64,000 bases of DNA from Eledone cirrhosa (lineage: Eukaryota): the NCBI GenBank assembly GCA_964016885.1, contig OZ024743.1:264554001-264618000 (forward strand). The letters run 5' to 3'. The position numbers and the translations under genes are program-made. Under the pieces are notes generated by a model. It ran no database searches, was not told where the DNA came from, and saw only the letters and a list, made by a program, of their open reading frames with translations. This document shows positions 58,189-64,000 of the stretch, in pieces (position 1 is the first letter of the stretch; every line of letters begins with the position of its first letter).

Positions 58189-61100
58189 ATGACCTCACTC
58201 AGAATAGGCAGCATAAATGCGCGTGGCTTGGGGTCGTCATGGAAGCAGGGCCACCTGCTCAACGACCTCAGGTCACTAAACAGAGATGTAGTGGCCATCA
58301 GCGAGACCAGAATCTCCGAAGCACAGGCTTTCGCACCGATCTTCGGCGGCTACGATGTGTACGCATCTCCCAGCCGTCCGGGATCGGGGGGAGGAGTTGC
58401 TGTGCTTTTTCGGAGAGGTTTGGATCTTGCCATACGGGCCATCTTCCTGGACCCAGAAGGTAAGTTCGTGGTGCTGGACGTGACCAGCGGAGACGGGCAA
58501 GCTTTCAGGTTAGTGGCCGTCTATGCCCAGAGAGGAGCAGGGCGGCCTGATTTCTTCCGGCGTCTGGAGACCTTTTTGGAACGTCCCGCTCTTTAGTGTT
58601 AGTGGGCGACTGGAACGGGATCTTAGATGCACGCTGGGATTGTGTGGGATTAGTGGATAGGGAAGGAGGGTGCAAGAGTCTCACCAACCTGCTCAGACGT
58701 TTTGAACTGTCTGACAGGTACCGAATGGATTTCCCGAATGTACCAATGTGGACTTGGACAAATCGCATAGGGTCATCCAGATCATATCTAGATAGATTAT
58801 TTTGTAGGGAAATAGATAGGTCTAGCATAGGCTGTCCACAATTCAAGATAGTCAGCTACACGGACCACAAATTCGTGATCTGTGTGCTTGACTTAGATAG
58901 GCTTCATAGACGAGGACCCGGCTACTGGAAGCTAAACGCGTCCTTACCAGCGCGCAAGGCCTACAGAGACCGGATTAGCGAACTAGTTAAGCGGGCGTTA
59001 ACGGGGGCCATCGTCATCAACAAGTGGTGGTTTGCTCTGAAAAGAGCACTTAGAATAGAGTCCATTAGGTTTAGTAAGACTTTAGCAATACAGAAAAATA
59101 GAGCAGAGGGAGAATTAGTTAGAAAATTAGATGAGGCGCTTAGCAAAGGCATCGCGACCGACGTACTTGCGGCGAAATTGGCCCTTGACCAATTCTTCAA
59201 TGCAAAGCACGAAGGCTGCGTTGTCAGAGCTAGGGTGCGTGCTCTCAGACACGAGGGGACGAAAGCCGTTCAATGGGCCCTAGTGGCGGAGGCGCGTCGT
59301 GGCAACAAAGCCTCGATCCGGTCTTTGGTGGACCACGACGGGCGCATGGTACTCGATCTCGGGCAAATGTGTGAAGCTTTTCAGCGACACTTCGCTCAAC
59401 TGTTCGGAGGCAATGGCGGGCCGGATCGAGGGATGGACTTTAGTGTCTACCTCGACGGACTGCCGCGGCTTTCGGCCACTGAGGCGGAGTGTTGCGAAAA
59501 GCCGATAACAACCGCTGAAGTACGGGATGCAATGACTAGTTGCACAAGGGGTAAATCGCCTGGTTTGGATGGTCTGCCCTATGAACTTTACGTACAAATG
59601 CCAAACTTGTTCGGAGGCCTCTTGGCGGACGTCTACTGCAACTGGCAACAGAACGGGAGAATTCCCAGCTCTGTGAGCCGAGGAGCGGTGGCGCTGCTGA
59701 GAAAGGATCCGAACAAGGGGGATAACATAGATAATTTCCGGCCCATAACTCTGGCCAAGGTGCTAGCAAAGAGGTTGGCGCTTGTCGTTGGTGGTCTGGT
59801 GGGAGAGGCACAGACATGCGCCATTCCCGACAGATCCATTCACGACAACCTCCACCTCATGCGATACATCGTAGAGAGGGTAGCTAGGGAACCTGGCACG
59901 GGTGGGTCTTTGATCAATTTAGATCAGTCGAAAGCCTTCGATAGGGTCGACCATCGTTACCTAGCGGCAGTCCTGAGGGCGGCTGGCTTTGGGCCCGTCT
60001 TCAGAGGCTGGATCGCTGCCATGCACAGCGACATCTGCTCTGTAGTGAGAGTGAACGGTCACCTTTCGGAACCGTTCAACATCATGCGCTCGGTCCGCCA
60101 AGGATGTCCCCTCTCGTCCCTATTGTACGTATTGACTCTCGAGCCATTACTGCACAAACTGGAGACGTTGAGGGGGGTCCCGCGCGAACTAGGATGCGGA
60201 AGTTCCGTGTCAGCATATGCCGACGATGTCACCGTAGTGGTGTCGAACGCCAAACACATCGAGGCGATCGGCACTACACTAAGAGAATACGAAGCGGTGA
60301 CAGGAGCAATGATCAACCAGGAAAAGTCAGTGGGCCTGCAGCTCGGCACCTGGAGAGGCAGGTCCATGCCGTCCAACAGCGTCGTCGGGCGCTGGACGGA
60401 CGGACCGGTTAAATTGCTAGGGGTCTGGTTCGGTCCGGACCTCCAGACGGACAAAAACTGGGACGAGGTGACGAGCAGGGTGGCTTCTCTCACCCATAAA
60501 TGGGCGGAGAGGAAGCTATCCCTGAAAGGTCGAGCGGAGGTGGCGACTGCGTACATCGCATCCGTCAACTACTACCGCCTGACCGTCGTACCTTGTCCTA
60601 AGCCCCGCCTGACTGCGCTGGAGCGTTTGCTCTTTCGCTTCTTGTGGAAGGGACGCGCTCCGATGGTCAGGCGGTCCATCTGCAGTCAACACCCGCTACG
60701 TGGAGGGCTGGGCATGCCGTGGCTGATGATGCGCAGACACGCGCTCAGGCTACGAAATCTCCACCTCTTCCTCGACGGTGATCAGGTGTGGTCGCCGTTT
60801 GCTAGACACGTTTTTCCCCAGCTCGTCTCCTTGACGGAGCTGCAGTCCTGGGTCAAGCGAAGACCGAGAGGGAGCGCTTGGAGACTGGAATGTCTTCAGG
60901 CGCTCACAGCTCTCGACCAATCGGGCAATGTGATCGGTGGAAACTCCCCCTTGGCGTTCTATAGGGGATTAGTGGAGGGGAAGAGCGACGACGTACTTGG
61001 AGAAACTCTAGGCGTCGACGAAAATCAACTAGCCAATCTCTTCGGAAGAACTTTCGGGCCGGGGCCTATGGACAACTTCCAGAAATCCCTGGCCTGGCAG

Positions 61101-61583
61101 TGCTACCGAGGAGCTTTGCCAGTTCGGGATAAACTCTACAGGCATGGAGGTGCCGTCAGCCGGGCATGTCCGAGATGCGCGGAGGGCGACGAAACCGTCC
61201 TGCACGCACTCGTCCAGTGTCCGAGCATTGCTGACTTGTGGGTTTATGTCGAACACCTGCTGTCACGTGTAGGACGGATCCAGCTATCATCTGAGTCCAT
61301 CGTGAGGATTGCCCCGCCCTCCTCCTTTAGCCGGGAAGGGCAGGCAGTTTTTATCTGTCTGGTGGCCATGGCGAAAGAGATAGTATGGTGGACACGTTTG
61401 AAAGGGCTGAAGACGAGCACTTACCTCTTCGGTGATGCCCTGATTAACTTTTTCAAATTTCATTTGAAAAGGAAAATCAGGGTAGAGAGGGAAGTGCTCT
61501 CTTCCCAGCATTTTGTTGAAAGATGGGTGAGAGAAGCAAGTATGGCCCGAATGAATGGGCCTTCTCTGAGTATGTGTCTGTAA
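58189..61583 (+). pseudogene. Tx1 ORF2 (APE endonuclease, RT, C-terminal CCHC), one frameshift near 58590
   Basis: SINARGL, ISET, GDWN, SYLDR, TDH, GYWKLN, KSPGLDG, AYADD and CPRC..ETVLHALVQC. Confidence 0.95.
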
Positions 61584-61694
61584 ATTAAAGGTGGAAAACT
61601 AGGGAGAGGGCACTTGCCATTTGTACCGTCCTGTATTGTCCTGTACTGTCCTTAATGTCTACTTTATGTAAACCCTTGTGGTTAATAAAGAATA

Positions 61695-61728
<34 letters not shown>

Positions 61729-61885
61729 ATTATAGACTGGCCTGACTGCTAATATGCAAATCTGGTTATCAGTGGATCTGGTAATATACAGATCTGACCG
61801 ATCAGCCAGTCTGCTAATATGCAAATCAGGCCGATCAGTCATTGTATATTTTAGAAAATATCATATATTTTCACTAGCTCTGTCA

Positions 61886-61968
61886 GTTAGTATGTGAACA
61901 GTGAACTGCACTGATGAAGGCTAATACCAGAGAAACATTAGTGTATGCAGTTCTGTTTACATGCTAAC
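61886..61968 (+). ncRNA. Type I hammerhead ribozyme with about 23-bp stem I, in a small insert (about 61735-62050)
   Basis: gttagtatgtgaaca-gt-gaactgca CTGATGA a gg ctaata cc aga GAAA ca ttag tg TA tgcagttc tgtttacatgctaac; GUA site. Confidence 0.85.
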
Positions 61969-62093
61969 ACAAGAGCAAGAATTAGGGGCTCATTCTACTT
62001 ACAATGGCTTTAAAAATGAGGCTGTTTGCATTATTGCAAACGAATCGAACAGTGGCCAATAAAGAAATCATTATTATTAATATTATGATTATT

Positions 62094-63035
62094 GTTCTTT
62101 GAGTCTCAGTCATTGATGTTAGTTAACTGGAAAGTTTGTTGAAATGGATATCAAGCGACCACCTGCAGCCTCAGATATTCAGGACGTATCGGAGGGTTCA
62201 TGCTGCTCCCAGAAAGCATGCCTTTGAAGCGTTCCAAAAAGCGTGGCGGGGCCAATTTTCTTTAACCATCCCTGGAAACTTTTTGAGATAGTACCTAGTG
62301 TGCCTATTACAATCGGGATCACTTAGACTTCATGGCAGTTCCAAATCCTTTTTACATCCCACTTTAAGTCCTGTTATCGGTTAATTTTCTCCCTTTCCTT
62401 CTCTTGCACTCCCGTGTCGAATGGGCAGGCCACAACCACAATCAAGCAAGATCTTTTGTCCTTGTCCCAAACCACCAGGTCAGGTCTATTGTGTTCCAGC
62501 TTCTTGTCCGTCTGTATCCTAAAATCCCACAGCACCTTCACCTGATCGTTTTCTATCACCGACTCTGGCTTATGCACATACCACTTCTCAGAATGTGATA
62601 AATTGTTTACTTTGCACAGGTGCCAGTGGATCACCCTGCCCATCACATCATGTCTCCAGCCCTTATAGTGGGTCTGGGCTAGGTGTTTACACTCGGATAC
62701 AATGTGAGCCACAGTCTTCTCTCTCTCTCCACAGATCCTGCACAGTGGGCTAGCCTCCTCCTTGTAAATATGGTGTTTCAAACACTTCGTTTTGATGGCC
62801 TGCTCCTGCGCAGCCATTAACATTCCTTCTGTAGCCTTTTTAAGGTCTCCTCTTTTCAACCAGTTCCATGTCTTTGGATCTCTGAATTCAGTTTTCTCAA
62901 AGAAGGCACCATGAAGGGATATTTCATGTAGGCTGCTCTTTCTCCTTGTTGTTATTTCCACCCTGGACATCCCCTGGTCTATTGTCCTCTCCTTCAGTAC
63001 AATTCTGAGCATTGGCTCCTTACTATCAGTCACGT
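62094..63035 (-). mobile_element. R4/Dong-like retrotransposon 3' part (CCHC + restriction-like endonuclease)
   Basis: ORF 62374-63033: MAAQEQAI, CRIC....TVAHIVSEC, RHD, LWDF.IQTD, RPDLV, VACPFD, KE.EK; between (TTA)n tracts. Confidence 0.92.
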
Positions 63036-63039
63036 ATTT

Positions 63040-63083
<44 letters not shown>

Positions 63084-64000
63084 GAATGCTATGGTTGACG
63101 GAGGCTCGGCTCTGTAAGGTATTGTAAATTTTGAACGCTATAACAATTGTAAATTGTTTAAAACTTTAACGAACTTGTAGACAAAAACACCCTCCTCCTC
63201 GTGAGAGGGGTCTTTCTGCCCGTTATTTGGCCCTTCGGGGTTAAATAACAGCTTATTGGGGTTTTGTGCCCAATATTTATTTTAAACAAAAAAAACAACA
63301 TGGCTACGGAAAAGAATGTTCATAGGTCACTCCCACTCATTCCGTCTTTTTCTTCCTCAATCATCACTACAGCAGAGAGAAGATTGTCTCTCTCCATCCC
63401 TTCTTTAAATGTGTCTCTCTCCCTTCCTTCTCTTTCAAGCGACGACAGAAAAGAAAAGTCTCGTGCAAAGCGTGCAAGATTTCTCCACGACGACGACGAC
63501 AACGACGAAACAATTGTGCGGGAAATACGAAAACCCATTTCATTCGTCTGACGTCAGGAATAATAGCAGTAGCAGCCGTAATAACAACCACTCAACAGTG
63601 ACAAGGAAAACAACAGTAGCAGCCGCAACAGCATCACCAGCAACATAAACAACAACAGCATTAGCAGCAGCAACACCAACAACAACCACAGCAACAGCGG
63701 CGGAGGCAGTAGTCGTAGTACCTGCAGCAACAACAAAAGTAACAGCAGCTCTGACGACAACAACAACAACAGCAGCAAAGAAAAACCAATCTCATTTGCA
63801 GGTATTACGAAAAACCTGGAAACAATCCTCATAACAAATGAGCAATTAGAGGAAGCGAAAAAGATGGTGACAAAGACTGGACACCGAGCAATCTGTAAGG
63901 CAGCGGAACATTTTTTTGAAAATCAACAGCACTGTATGGTCACATACCGTACAGTAAGTACAAAATCCCGTAGGGTTGAAAGAGCCACAGAGGCTCAAAT
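63084..64000 (+). mobile_element. 5' end of another, diverged Tx1-like LINE (5' UTR + disrupted ORF1), running off the window
   Basis: Follows (TTA)n; terminal frame EQLEEAKKMVTKTGHR..CMVTYRTVSTKSRRVERATEAQ matches ORF1 at 56630-56795. Confidence 0.85.

Larger units (their letters stand above)
55950..61693 (+). mobile_element. Full-length Tx1/L1-clade LINE between (TTA)n tracts
   Basis: 5' UTR, ORF1, ORF2 and 3' UTR ending aataaagaatac(att)n; few disabling lesions. Confidence 0.95.

Noticed and set aside
58505-61511. Antisense ORFs over LINE ORF2 (also over the other RT regions)
   Set aside because: Shadow frames of GC-richer coding sequence with no motifs.
63180-63272. HDV-like ribozyme at the Tx1 5' UTR (CCTCCTCGTG, UUCG hairpin, gcttat)
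   Set aside because: P3 and P1/P1.1 cannot be built consistently, and the related 5' UTR at 55950 lacks the motif; more simply two hairpins.

Overview
AT-rich, repeat-saturated animal genomic DNA. The SINE type and repeat landscape suggest a cephalopod (octopus-like) genome; that is inference. No intact host gene is visible apart from one or two possible short exons. Autonomous-type retroelements present: five decayed Penelope-like elements (RT and/or GIY-YIG), two RTE-clade LINEs (one with a twin-priming-type 5' inversion), a tandem cluster of Tx1/L1-clade LINEs and R4/Dong-like fragments sharing one (TTA)n tract, non-autonomous Helitrons, tRNA-like SINEs, and very long (TA)n microsatellites. 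The main signal not explained by the ORF track is about 22 hand-parsed type I hammerhead ribozyme (HHR) folds from about 12 unrelated sequence families. Most sit in small non-coding elements inserted in (TA)n that share one architecture: an inverted arm with the HHR on the minus strand at the left, the HHR on the plus strand at the right, and in three cases a terminal redundancy implying a circular or tandem RNA monomer of about 0.32, 0.4 or 1.35 kb. Several carry recurrent core variants (CAGAAGA, CCGAUGA, UUGAUAA) and a U-U opposition at the base of stem II. These look like a diverse set of Penelope-mobilised retrozyme-like mini-elements. A second notable signal is a perfect 52-nt GT-AG intron candidate that would fuse Tx1 ORF1 to ORF2 in frame. 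All structures were read by eye; boundaries are approximate and no activity is shown.
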